From: Heptranchias perlo
Taxonomy: Eukaryota
Direction: 5' to 3'
Length of the DNA stretch: 64,000 nt
Assembly (NCBI RefSeq): GCF_035084215.1
Contig: NC_090340.1
Coordinates: forward strand, 4,588,001 to 4,652,000
In this document: positions 52,702 to 64,000 of the stretch, in pieces
Layout: the number at the start of each line of letters is the position of its first letter
Position numbering within the stretch: the first letter of the stretch is position 1
Translations under genes and position numbers: made by a program
Notes under the pieces: generated by a model
What the model was told of the DNA's origin: nothing
The model's input: only the letters and a program-made list of their open reading frames with translations
Databases searched by the model: none

Positions 52702-53540
52702 TGTCAGACTATTTCGACCTGACACCAACTGGTTCAAGTAATGATCTTTTGTTTGAATAAAAGCAAGGATTAATACATGTAAGTATCTAAGCGATAATTA
52801 TCAAAGGAAAATGAATCGTATTACTTGGTTGTCCTCTGGGTAGAGATCATAGCTTTGGCATTGCCTCGAGTCCGGCCTTCTTCCTTCACGCTGAGCTGTC
52901 TTCCTTCTCTACAACCAGATGTTGATTTATTTTGGGCTCATATGCAGCCCATTAAGAACCCGAAACCTGAGCCATCAAAATTGTCAGTGGTTAGCACCTC
53001 CCCAACTTCATCTGCCTTCAACCGATAATGACAACTCTGATGTCTTAATGCGAAACATTTTAACCTGATGTTCCCTGTCTGACATTTCAAAGGAACATAA
53101 GATGCTGTAAACACAGCCCGAATGCTTGATGTGGTTTGGGCCGGTCTGCTGCTAGTTTCTGCTGCTCGATTGTCCCGACTAATCTCTAATATTACCACAT
53201 CTTAGAATATATGGGATGCCTTCCACACACCATGTGGAATTGGGTCGACCTGTCTGCTAGTTCCTGTTTTTCCACTGTCCAGTCTAATCTCAAATATTAG
53301 CATATCCTTACATGACGAAGACCTAAGGATATGATTAGCTCTTCTTGAAAACAACTTTAATTATTTCATCTTTCAGTCTGCAGCCTGCCCGTGGTGGAAA
53401 AAATACTGAATCTTTGATAGAAAACACTGAATGCTGGATAGATGACTGGATAATGACAGTAACAAACTAACCTTCTAATCGATTGAAAAAACCTTAATCT
53501 ACATTTCAAAAAACCTTATTACAAAAGATATTCCCTTGCA
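52702..53540 (-). repeat. ERV 5' LTR
   Basis: Direct repeat of 42578-43175 with an extra ~135-bp segment (~52930-53065); adjacent PBS; outer end approximate. Confidence 0.8.
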
Positions 53541-53960
53541 GTCTTCTATTGTTCTTTTGCCAATTATGTAAAATATGTGGAACAGTTTCTCTTCATTTAC
53601 TCTGTCAATGCCCCTCAGGATCTTGCACACCACTATTAAATCTCCCCTTAGCCTTTTCTGCTCTAACGAGAACAATTCCAGCTTTTCTACTCCCTCCACA
53701 TAACTGAAGTCTTTCATCCCTGGTATAATTCTTGGACTTCTCCCCTGCACCGTCTCCAAGGCTTTGGCATCCTTCCTAAAGTGTAATGACCAATAGTGGA
53801 CAGAAATCTCCATCTGCGGCATATCCACATATCTATAAAGGCTAAGCATTACTTCATTGCTGTTGTATTCTCTGCCTCTATTTATAAAGCCAAGGACACT
53901 GTAAACTTTTTTCAACAGCGTTACCAACTTGCACCGCTACCTTTCAATTTTCGGGAATTG
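53541..53960 (-). mobile_element. CR1 3' fragment (right half of the ERV host site)
   Basis: ORF 53499-53927 LFSLEQKRLRGDL. Confidence 0.8.
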
Positions 53961-56064
53961 CACGATGGAGGTCCAAGACGTATCTGTGGCTTTGTAAGTT
54001 ACTGGAGCACACTGCAACACCGCCCCCACAAACCAATTCTAGATCATTAGGAATGTGAACAATATACTTTGTGTGTTTGACGTGGAACACCGAATAAAAA
54101 TGGTCCAAATACTGATTCTTGTTATGTAGGTATCCTTATGCTTCATACTCACATGAGGTTGATAAGCGGTTCCTATCTCGTTTCCCTTCATTACGTTGCT
54201 CAGAAGTTAATTCTCCTGCAGAAGACGCTTTTGGATAGGAATGGCAGCTCTATCGACGGTTGTTTGGAAACAACAAGTTTTACCAAAAAAGGCAAAATGA
54301 CGAGGCAGTATCTCGACAGCAGCCGTATCTAAGACGTCCACAGGGAACTGTTACTAAACGAAGACTGCCTAACAATTATTGTCATGTTGCTTGAAGTGGC
54401 GTGCAATTAGTTTTTCTCCATGAAGCAGTTCAATTGCTTGGAAGTACTTTTAAATTAGTGAGCCTGACGGTCACCTATTCAAACACATAACGAAGGTTTT
54501 CTACATTTTCTGGCTTCGTGCCACACTTATATATTCTATATGGCAGCAATTTCCCATTCCTCACAACATACAAATTTATCTTCAATGTATCTTTGAATAG
54601 CACCAAAATACTTTGCCATAACTGGATGAGCAGGACAGCACGTAATGCTCCAAATGTGACTCGAAAGATGCTTTGTGCAAAGTCAACAACGCTTCGTTTC
54701 TTTTATATATCGTTCGCGATTGAACAAAACCCAAAATCCCATCTGCCTTTATATGGCCTTTTATACTTGCACTTCTAACTCTTAACTATTACAAGAAAGC
54801 CTCGAAATGGATGCACACTGAAGCTTCCAATATGTAGCCCAATGCATGAAATTCTTACTCGAAACCATGAAGATAAAAAAATCCTTTTTTTTTCAGGATA
54901 TGCTGTAAATATACTAATAATAATATTATAAATACACCAGAACTTGCGGTTCAGCATTTCCACACAAAGTGCAAGATTGAACAACGGTCATAGAATCATG
55001 GAAGTTTACAACATGGAAACAGGCCCTTCTGCCCAAAATATCCATGTCGCCTTGTTTATACCACTAAGCTAGTCCCAATTGCCTGCACTTGGCCCAATAG
55101 AATAGAGTCAATGGCTGTGTGTTGCTACTGGCCTGGCTTGACCCACAGGAAACATCTGCACAGCGTCCTGTTTTGAAACACATCCTATTCAGCCGAGCAC
55201 AAAAGCAAATGGAAACATTCTAGTGCTGACCACAGTCCAAAACGTGCAATTTGCAGATTTTATCGGTGAACTGCAGAATCGCGAGTGCTCTTTACAAACA
55301 AGAACAAAACAAATCAGTCCTTCTCTCAGATAGAGCATGTCAATTCAATACTAAATTCAGCTGATCCATTAGCTCCGGTTCGGTGAGAAATGTGCAGCAA
55401 CGGACTGCAGCCATCGCTGATACATTACGTCACACGCCTTCTGTGACAAACCTAATGTCGTGGCCGATGAGGGTTTACTGAGCAAAATCAAATATTCGCT
55501 ATGGCTTTCTCAGGAGTTCCCGCCGATGTTTCGCCAATCTTGCGGCGGGAGTTGGGAGGAAACGCTGCGGAAATTCCAGGACAATTAATTGACACAACGC
55601 TGAAGAACGGTTTATCTGCTACACCAATTAACTATACAGGACTGTAATATAAATTAATAACAATCGTGTTTTATGTTAAATCTACACACATTAACCCGAT
55701 GCATGAGGCAAGTATTTCGATAAATTTAAATTTCTGATTCGTGTCAGTTGCTTTGTTAGCCATGGGACGATCCGAGAATCATAGAATCAGAGAATCGTTT
55801 TAGAACAGAAGAAGGCTATTCGGCACATCCAGCCCACGCCGACACTTTGTAAGAGCAAACCAGTTACATCAGCAGACAGAAACTGCGAAAAAAAATCCCA
55901 TTTTCATATTGGGCTATGGGCTAAAGGGGTAATTTCAACTTCTGGTGATAGCGTTAATAGGAAAACACTTTTCTTAAACTGCGCACCAGGTATTTTTCGA
56001 GAAACGGTTTAAAGTGACTCAACTGTGAGAAATCTACATCTCAATTTTACTCCATAGCTGCATT

Positions 56065-57630
56065 GGAACAGTAATTGGCTATTTAGCCCCTCTAGCCTGT
56101 TCCGACAATCAATGAGATCATTGCTGATCTGTATCCTGACTCCTTGCATCCGCCTTGGCTCTATAAACTTTAATACCTTTGGCTAGCAAAATTCTATCGA
56201 TATCAGATTTAAAATTATTAATTGATCTAACATCTGCTGCGTTTTGTGCAAGAGAGTTCCACACTTCTACCACCCTTTGCTTGAAGAAGTGTTTCCTAAC
56301 TTCTCTCCTGAATGGCTTGGCTCTGATTTTAAGGTGATGTCCCGTTGCCGTAGACTCCCCCAGCCGCAGAAAAAGTTTGTCTCTACCTACCCTATCAATT
56401 CCTTTCAAAAACATAAAAACCTCAATGAAATCACCCCTTAACCGTTTGTATTCCAGGGAATACAAGACTGGTTAATGCAATCTCTCCTTCTAATCTAACA
56501 CTTGGAGCACTGGCAACATTCTGGTGAATCTGCACCGCACTCCTTCCAAGACCAATAAACCCTTTCTCAGGTGCAGTGCCCAGAAATGTACACAGTACTC
56601 CGGAGGTGGTCTAACAAGGGCTCTGATTCCCTGTCGCAATACTTCCTCACTGTTATATTCTCGCCCTCCAGTTATAAAGGCTAACATTCCATTCGCATTT
56701 TTGATTATTTTTTTACCTGACTACTACATTTTAGTGATCTGTGTATATGGACCCCAAAATCTCTCTGTATCTCCACTGTTCCTGGCTTTTCACGTTTGGA
56801 AAAATGCTTGGATCTCTCCATTTTTGTTCCAAAATGGATGACCTCACACTTTCGTTCAATGAAACCCATTCGCCACAGATTTACCCACCAACTTAATCTT
56901 TCAATGTCTCTTTGTAATTTTATGCTCCCATCTACACAACTTACTATGCCAACAATCTTTGATTCATCAGCAAATTTGGATATATGTCTCTCAATTGTGT
57001 TCTCTAAGTCATTAATAAATGCAGTGAATCGTTGAGGCGACAGCACAGATCGTTGTGGGAAACCACTAATAACTTCCTTCCAATTGGAACACATAGCCAT
57101 TATCCCTACTCTCTGTCTTCTACCGCCTAACCAATTTCCTAACCAGGTCAATAATTTGTTTTCAATTCCATGAGCTTTCATTTGAGCTGACAGTCTCTTG
57201 TGTGAAATATTTTCAAATGCCTTTTGGAAGTCCATATAATCGATATCTATAGACAGTCCCTTGTCTACGACTTTAGTTACTTCCTCAAAACGTTCAATTA
57301 GATTCCGTAGACATGACCTACCGTTTAAAAATCCACATTAGCTCTCTCTAATGAGTTCAAATTTCTCTAAGTGCTCAGTCACCCTGTCCTTAATTATAGA
57401 TTCCAATAACTTCCCCACAACAGATGTTAGACTAATAGGTCTATAATTTCCTGGTTTCTCTCTCTCATCTTTCTTTAATAATGGAGTTACATTTGCAATT
57501 TTGCAATGGAAAGGCAAAATTCCTGAATTGAGAGAGCTTTGGAAGATTATGGCTGAAGGATTTGAATATCATCACTTACTTCATTCAATACCTTGGTTTG
57601 GAAACCATCAGGTTTTGGGGAGTTGTCCAA
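56065..57630 (-). mobile_element. 5'-truncated CR1
   Basis: DFQKAF, FIND, FADESK, LVRP..EYCVHFW, RLRGDFIEVF. Confidence 0.88.
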
Positions 57631-58355
57631 TAGTTTATTCAGTGCTCGGGAGATCCAAACGACCTTATAGACCAAGCCTCAATTCTTAGCGGGCTGATTC
57701 TCCAAGTGTAGGGAATCTCACACTGGAAAAGCTTGTCTCCAGCTATCTCTCGATTAAATTCGGAAATTGACTGACGAGCTGTGTTTCCACTTTAGCCATA
57801 ACCTGAGGTAACTGTAGCTGCAGAGTTCATAACAAAAGACCTAATTCCAATGGTACAGAGACCGCTCACAAATTTGTCATAGTAGCCCGAAGATAAATTT
57901 GAAACTCTACACATTTATTACATTTACATTCAATTACCTCCTCTACCACAATCTATTCGTGCCATCAGGTCAGGTCATTTTGACGCTATACAAAAATCGA
58001 TGGGACATCCTTCTGTCCAAAGTTTTATTTGATACACGAATGAACCCGATTGATGGAACCATGAGTACTCAAGCGATCCTCTTCAGGTCAACTATGCAAA
58101 CATTAAAGAGATTCTTCAGAATCAAAAATAGTAATGACTTGCAATATTCGTCCATCGTGGCGGGCAAAAAGACGATGAATTATGGACTTATGAGCTCATG
58201 TATAATATTAATAAACTCCCCCTACATTTGCTGCAACTACAGCTTCTTATTTTCTGTTACCCTTTTTGGTCACAGCTGCACCCACAAATCTTACTCTAAA
58301 GGGCACGTTTTTCTCCACTTTAAGCCACTGCGCAATTAAACAGTCATGTGACATC

Positions 58356-58363
58356 TGACGTCA
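58356..58363. promoter_or_regulatory. CRE palindrome TGACGTCA, promoter of the duplicate
   Basis: Perfect CRE starting 115 bp upstream of leader ATG 58471; conserved in both duplicate copies. Confidence 0.55.
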
Positions 58364-58470
58364 CAGATAATTATTAAATTATATTAAGTACACAGCCGCC
58401 CATTCTCCGAAACTTCATCCATTCGGTTCTCATTCACAAGGGGTGTTATACTGTACATTCAGTGCACGAT

Positions 58471-59063
58471 ATGTCTATGAGGTTGTCTCTTTGGAGCATT
58501 TGTTCCTTGGGAATTTTCATTCCAGGTGGACTTTTATTTTTGTTGTGATCAATCAATTTTTCCCGAACAAGAAACAACACATGAAGTCGATCGGGAATTG
58601 TTTTGTGCTGGTTTAATTTGATATAATTGTTATCCTGTCCCTTGCCAGAGGGAAGCATCTAGTTGAGAAAGTCATGTTACTTATGATCATTCAACGAGGA
58701 AACCATATCAACAGATGGATAATAATTCTCAGGGTTAGGTACAATGAATTACTAATGTATCAATAGATTGGATGGACGATCTTATTTTAGCGGTTCAGAT
58801 CATCTTCCCTGGATATGAATTATTTAACCTTGTAGCTTCGTTTGTTGATAGTTGCTGTGCACACTTCAGGCAAATTGATTCCGGATATTGTACAAAATAA
58901 GGCGCGAAGAGGTACGAACATTACCTTGAAATGTCCTGTTCCCTTCGATCTCAATCATTCATACTTAAAGGTTCACTGGTGGAGAGAGGGCAACGGTACC
59001 TTTCTACAAAAAGAGAATAGAAAACAGTTTCAAGTAAAGAAAGGCTGCGCCTATCTACAGTAA
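58471..59063 (+). pseudogene. Truncated tandem duplicate of the receptor: leader exon 58471-58525 and partial V exon 58852-~59056
   Basis: MSMRLSLWSICSLGIFIP|gt..gatag|VAVHTSGKLIPDIVQNKARRGTNITLKCPVPFDLNHSYLKVHWWREGN..KKGCAYLQ*; cut before the F-strand Cys. Confidence 0.85.
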
Positions 59064-59072
59064 TTTGGAATT

Positions 59073-59080
59073 TGACGTCA
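59073..59080. promoter_or_regulatory. CRE palindrome TGACGTCA, promoter of the intact receptor gene
   Basis: Perfect CRE starting 115 bp upstream of ATG 59188, followed by an AT-rich TATA-like stretch. Confidence 0.55.
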
Positions 59081-59187
59081 CAGATAATTATGAAATTATA
59101 TTAGATACACAGCCGGCCATACTCCAAATCTTCACCCATTCGGTTCTCAGTCACAAAGGAAGATATACTGTACTTTCAATGCACGAA

Positions 59188-59242
59188 ATGTCTATGAATG
59201 TGTCACTTTGGAGCATTTGTTCCTTGGGCATTTTGTATCCAG
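59188..59242 (+). CDS. VJ-C1 Ig-superfamily receptor (SIRP-like), exon 1: leader MSMNVSLWSICSLGILYP
   Basis: Hydrophobic leader ending phase 1 at cag|gtagac; ATG and donor conserved in the duplicate at 58471-58525. Confidence 0.7.
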
Positions 59243-59587
59243 GTAGACTTTTATTTTTGTTGTTATCAATCAATCTTTCCTGAAAAAGAAACAGCGCATG
59301 AAGTCGGTATTATATTTGAGGTACAATTGGATATTGGTTTATGCTGGTTTAATTTGAAGTAATTTTATCATGTCCCTTGCCAAAGGGAAACATCAAGTTG
59401 AGAAAGGTGATGTTATTTATGGTCATTCAATGAGGAAACAATTTCAACAGATGGAGAATAATTCTTAGAGTCAGGTACATTCAATTATTAATGTATCAAT
59501 GGATTGGATGGAAAATCTTATTTTGGTGCTTCAGATCATCTTCCCTGCATATGAATTATTTAATCGTGTGGCTTCTTTTGTTGACAG

Positions 59588-59899
59588 TTACTGTGGACAC
59601 TTCAGGCAAATTGGATCCGGATATTGTACAAAAGAAGGCGCTAAGAGGTTCGAACATAACCTTGAAATGTCCTTTTCCCTTCGATCTCAATCATTCAAAC
59701 ATAAAGGTTCAATGGTGGAGAGAGGGCAACGCTACCTTGCTGCAAGAAGACAGCAGAAAACAGTTCCAAATAAAGAAAGGCCGCGCCTATCTTGATCTCC
59801 AGAATGTGACTGTCCTGGACAACGGGACGTATCGTTGTGCAATTAAATATCAGAAGGAAAGTTTTGGAAAAGGAACTCGTGTTCAAGTTGTTGTATATG
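59588..59899 (+). CDS. VJ-C1 receptor exon 2: V-type Ig domain with germline-joined J motif
   Basis: ttcttttgttgacag| acceptor; NITLKC, VQWW, AYLDLQNV, DNGTYRC, FGKGTRVQV; tatg|gtaagt phase 1. Confidence 0.9.
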
Positions 59900-60766
59900 G
59901 TAAGTATGAGTGGAGCTGGAAACGTGAAGAGTTTAGTTGCTGTCGATGCTCAAAATGCGTTTGACATGGAATTCCAATAAGGAAATGCACTGTGTATAAA
60001 AGAGTACAGCTTTCTACTTGTTCATAACGACACGCGTTCAACTATATGGAAACTTTCCCTCTTCCAGAGTCTCTGCAAAATGTGACAAATGACCTATATC
60101 TTCAATTGTTACTTAATGTTATGTTCATCAAGGAAAGTATAATCAAGGCCGGGAACAAAAATGCTTCTTTCCAATTTTAGCACTAAGTATCCCTATGAAA
60201 CACTTCGTGGTTATTTGCAATATCATAGATCTTTAAAGGGCCAGTGGACAGAAGAGTTTCGAAGAGGAAGATCCCCATCCCCTCATTTCGACGGCGCACT
60301 TCCCGCTTCTGCGATCCAGATAAAATTCCTGAATCGATGGAACAGAGGAGACACACACGATAAATCAGGTGTCGGAGTCCAGACCGAGGTTTAAACTGGA
60401 TCCTTTCCGTACAAAGGAAGGAAATGATCTCGATGTAACAACTGAACGCGTTCTGTACTATTTCAACTGTTTACGCGCAGCATGGCCATTCGTACACCAT
60501 AATATTAATAAAAAGAGGTCCAACTTCGCAAATAAATGTTGTTGAATTCAACAGGGATACATCGGTACTGCTGGGGAGGAAATTGGGTAATAATACCTGT
60601 AGATACAGTGAAAAAAAATAGGTTGATTTCCATTCATGATAAATAATTATTACAGATACAACTACAATGCCCCATCACAAGCATTTGTTAATTAATGAAA
60701 ACAGAGTGTAGATAAGATTACAGGCCAAATATTTTGCTTTATCTCTTTTTGTTCTTTACCATTCAG

Positions 60767-61072
60767 CTGTTCCCGCTCCGCTGAAGATTGTCACCATAAC
60801 ATCCGAAGGGGCTTCTTCCGCTTTTCTGCGACTCGAGTGCAGAACGGCTGCTTTTTACCCGAAGGACTTCAACCTCATCTGGCAAAAAAATGGTACCGAA
60901 ATCGTGACTGGAGTTGGAACTGAACAACAGGCAAACACAGAGGGACTGTATGAAGTTATTTGCTCCATAGAAGAGACACGGCCAATCGAGCGCGGCACAA
61001 TTTACACCTGTCAAGTATATCACGTTTCAAACTCAATTCCAGCAAGTGCCAGCTACACCGTTGGAAACGATG
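60767..61072 (+). CDS. VJ-C1 receptor exon 3: C1-set Ig domain
   Basis: Long pyrimidine tract..attcag|; LECRTAAFYPKDFNLIWQKNG, NTEGLYEV, YTCQVYH; gatg|gtaata phase 1. Confidence 0.9.
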
Positions 61073-62881
61073 GTAATATTATTGCACACGTGGTACTTGT
61101 ATTGATTTCTGTGTTTCTTCGCGCAGTAATTGAGCTTCCATCGCAGATAGTGGGTAAATACAAGAAAATGCGGGAAGTGTTTACTGCAGTTGTTTGCATA
61201 TCATTCTTTCACATCCGAAGTCTGGGTTTACTCCATCTCCCATCAATCGGGTGAAGATTCCCTTTCTGTTGGTTATTGGGATATGGTGAGAAATAATTTG
61301 GACACAAGCAACAGAGCCAATAGTGAACACCAGTCCTCAGCATAGTTTCCATAATTCATGCTAACTGTCAAATAATATTGCAAGTTCACTGAGAGGGCAC
61401 GGTGACGGGTGATGCCGGAAAAGGAACCATGCGTCATTGGGATTGGAATAGTTAGTGAGGGTTGACGGCGTGGACTGGGGGAATTGATTTCTTTCACGTT
61501 CCCGCAACCATGTCGCAATCCAAGGTCATTCCGCGCATCATCAGATTCACAGTGCGGAGCCGTCGACAATGCACCAAGAATACTTAGGTTGCTCTTGTGG
61601 AAAGATGGAAAAAGATTTCGTGAGCATTTGCTCCGAATGGCAATTCTAGCGCATTTGTAAATACGTCCCATTGTCTTTAAGAGTTCGCCCTAAATAAGCA
61701 ATTGTTATTTAATGTTATGTTTATCAAGGAAAGCGGTATGAAGGGAACGTGGCAGTGGAAGGGTGAATAGATCGGAGTTGGTCGAGCAGCAAGTGGGTGG
61801 GTGAAGCATGAATAATTGCGGAGAGAATGGGAAAGCAGCCACTTAAGGCAAGTGTTTCCCTGCAACATTACCTAAAATATAGGCTGCAGCCATTAGTTAG
61901 TCATTTCTCTTTCACATCACACTGTGCCAATCGTCACCTACCGTTCGCGCAATAATGCAGAGAAGATAGCAAAAGAGGTTAGAAAGAGAAACAAAGAGAA
62001 CTTAGGTGCAGGTAGCAAAAGAGGAAAGAGAACGATTCAGAAATAAAAGAGGGGAGAAAGAGAGAGAAACAACAATGACAAGAGAACTGACAGGGAGAAG
62101 GGAGAGACGACGACCTTGAAATGACATGGCGTACAAGTGATCTAGCGTCAGAATTCGGATGCGAGCCCAGCGAAAACCCCAAGAAACTAACACGCCTGGA
62201 CATGCAAACCCTAGAATGATCGCCTAGAATTCTCCGGCTGGATATCGGCGAATGCAGCGGAGAATCATCATAAGCGTTAGGAAGGAGATCAGTGGAACTA
62301 GCGTAAATTCGTCCCTAATTGTAGACGTTCAGCAGAAAAGTCGTATTGACGGCTGATCTAAGATAGGGCAACGTCAACCCACGGCAGGAGACACAGCTGG
62401 AATGTTAGTCGGTGAAGGCTCTGCCAGGAAATGCAAGACTTTTACGGTTTTACAATCACGAAACACGACGTCCAACATCAGTATTCGCAAATTTAAGATT
62501 TAACGAACGTGTGTCACGAAGTATACACGGATCTCTCCTCGCTCAAGTACGTAAAGATGTCTCATGCTCATTGTTTCTAGCAACATTTAAAATCATTTCT
62601 TTTAGAATGTATTTATATTATTGCGAGAAAAAACGAACAGAGAAAATCTTCACCAAAGCATTGACAATATCACGCACACGGCCAGCAATGGAATCCTTAT
62701 TCCAGTGGATTGTATAATTGCAAATGATTTTCTGTGGTTTTGTTATATAAAAAAAAGAAAGATAATGGGACAAGCATGAAGTGGATAATGTTTGATTACG
62801 TGGCATAGTCAGAAATATCATCAGATTGACATGGTTTCTGGTTTTGAGTGCTTATCATTGACCAATTTATATCTTTTCCAG

Positions 62882-62994
62882 ACGATCATTCTGTCCTACC
62901 CATCCACCTGATTTATCGATCTACAGTGGCGTTATTGGTCATTATTCTACTGACGATAATCATCCTCAACCATGTTACATCAGATAACTTTTAA
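62882..62994 (+). CDS. VJ-C1 receptor exon 4: transmembrane segment with Arg and a short tail, ending in a stop
   Basis: tcttttccag|; DDHSVLPIHLIYRSTVALLVIILLTIIILNHVTSDNF*; TAA at 62992-62994 lies 2 nt before an AAG|GTAAGA donor. Confidence 0.75.
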
Positions 62995-63184
62995 AGGTAA
63001 GAGATTATTCAATCTTAAACAACATTATTCAATTTATAACATGGAAGAAATATGTGACATTTCGTAATCAATTGTAGAGATTTCTACTCAATAAATACAA
63101 AATAATGAAATGCCTGAAACCATGAAAACCAACAGGAAGTCCTATCAGGGCCGCTGTTTAATGTTGGCTTTAGAAAATAAGTTA

Positions 63185-64000
63185 AAATAAGAAATATGAG
63201 CAGGAGTAGGCCATCCAGATCATGGCTGATCTTCTACCTCCACTTTCCCAGCCTATCCCTATATCCCTTGATTATCTTGAGTACCAAAACCTATCGATCT
63301 CAGTCAGAATATACTCAACGACTGAGCATCCACAGCCCACTAGGGTAGAGAATTCCAAAGATTTGCAGCCCACTGTGTGAAGAAATTTCTCCTCATATTA
63401 GTCCTAAATGATCGATCCCTTATCCTGAGAATATGCCCCCGAGGTCGAGACTGTCCACCCAGTGGAAGCAGCCTCTCAGCATCTACCGTGTCAAATCCAC
63501 TCAGATTCGAATATGTTTCAATGAGATCACACATAATTCTACACAACTCCAGGAAAACACATTCTGCTCAATCTCTCCTCATGGACCAATCCTCTCATCC
63601 CAGGAATCAATCCCGTTAACCTTCATTGAAACACATCTGAGGCAATTGTATCCTTCCTTAGGTAAGGAGGCCAAAACTGTACACATTACACCAGGTGTGG
63701 TCTCACCAAAGCCCTGTAAAATTGCAGCAAGACTTCCTTACTCTTGTACTCCAACCCCCTTGCAATAAAGGTCAACATGTCATTTGCCTTCCTAATTGCT
63801 TGCTGTGACTTCCTGTGTTTCGTGTACAAGGACACTCAAATCCCTCTGAACAGGAACATTTAATAGTTTTTCACCGTTTACAAAATGTTAAGCTTTTCAA
63901 TTCTTCCTACCAAAGTGAATAACTTCACATTTCACCACATTATACTTCATCTGCCAACTTCTTGCCCACGAACTTAACCTGCCTTTATCCCCTTGCAGTC
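63185..64000 (-). mobile_element. CR1 3' fragment running off the window
   Basis: DLIETY..L.G.D.VDAERLLPL..SRPRGH.LRIR..FFTQ. Confidence 0.85.

Larger units (their letters stand above)
42578..53540 (-). mobile_element. Decayed endogenous retrovirus LTR-gag-pro-pol-env-LTR, lokiretrovirus-like
   Basis: Paired LTRs, PBS, PR, RT, connection, retroviral-type RNase H, IN and a class I fusion env in retroviral order. Confidence 0.85.

Noticed and set aside
59491-59587. In-frame signal-peptide-like stretch MNYLIVWLLLLTV upstream of the V domain (track ORF 59491-59964)
   Set aside because: It overlaps the polypyrimidine tract. The duplicate has a TAG here (58833) while keeping the acceptor AG and the separate leader exon, so it is most likely intron; alternative use is not excluded.
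61548-61575. CACAGTG heptamer in the C1-TM intron as a possible RSS
   Set aside because: No acceptable nonamer at 12 or 23 bp and not adjacent to a V, D or J segment.
1-64000. Prokaryotic systems (CRISPR arrays, operons, retrons, DGRs)
   Set aside because: The sequence is intron-containing vertebrate DNA; all RTs are LINE or retroviral type and no repeat-spacer array is present.

Overview
Eukaryotic genomic DNA, most likely a cartilaginous fish (shark), inferred from the repeat families (HER1-type CR1 LINEs, a DeuSINE, Penelope-like tails). More than half of the window is decayed retroelements, and most ORFs in the supplied track are fragments or antisense shadows of them. Host content is an Ig-superfamily receptor locus on the + strand. 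One gene is spliceable as leader / germline-joined VJ / C1 / TM (59188-62994, 261 aa, SIRP-like). It is preceded by a truncated tandem duplicate of its promoter, leader and V exon. A separate decayed ITIM+ITSM tail exon lies at 18480-18652. Two mobile elements stand out. (i) A single-ORF APE-RT LINE family (20180-23345; 33072-38212) carries a tRNA-derived head in one copy; the less decayed copy has no TTTT run on 3.1 kb of sense strand and no AUG before the endonuclease, suggesting a Pol III-transcribed autonomous LINE. (ii) An old endogenous retrovirus (42578-53540, minus strand) has retroviral RT-connection-RNaseH-IN and an env resembling paramyxo/pneumovirus F, i.e. lokiretrovirus-like. Repeat boundaries are approximate and were read by eye; no searches were run.
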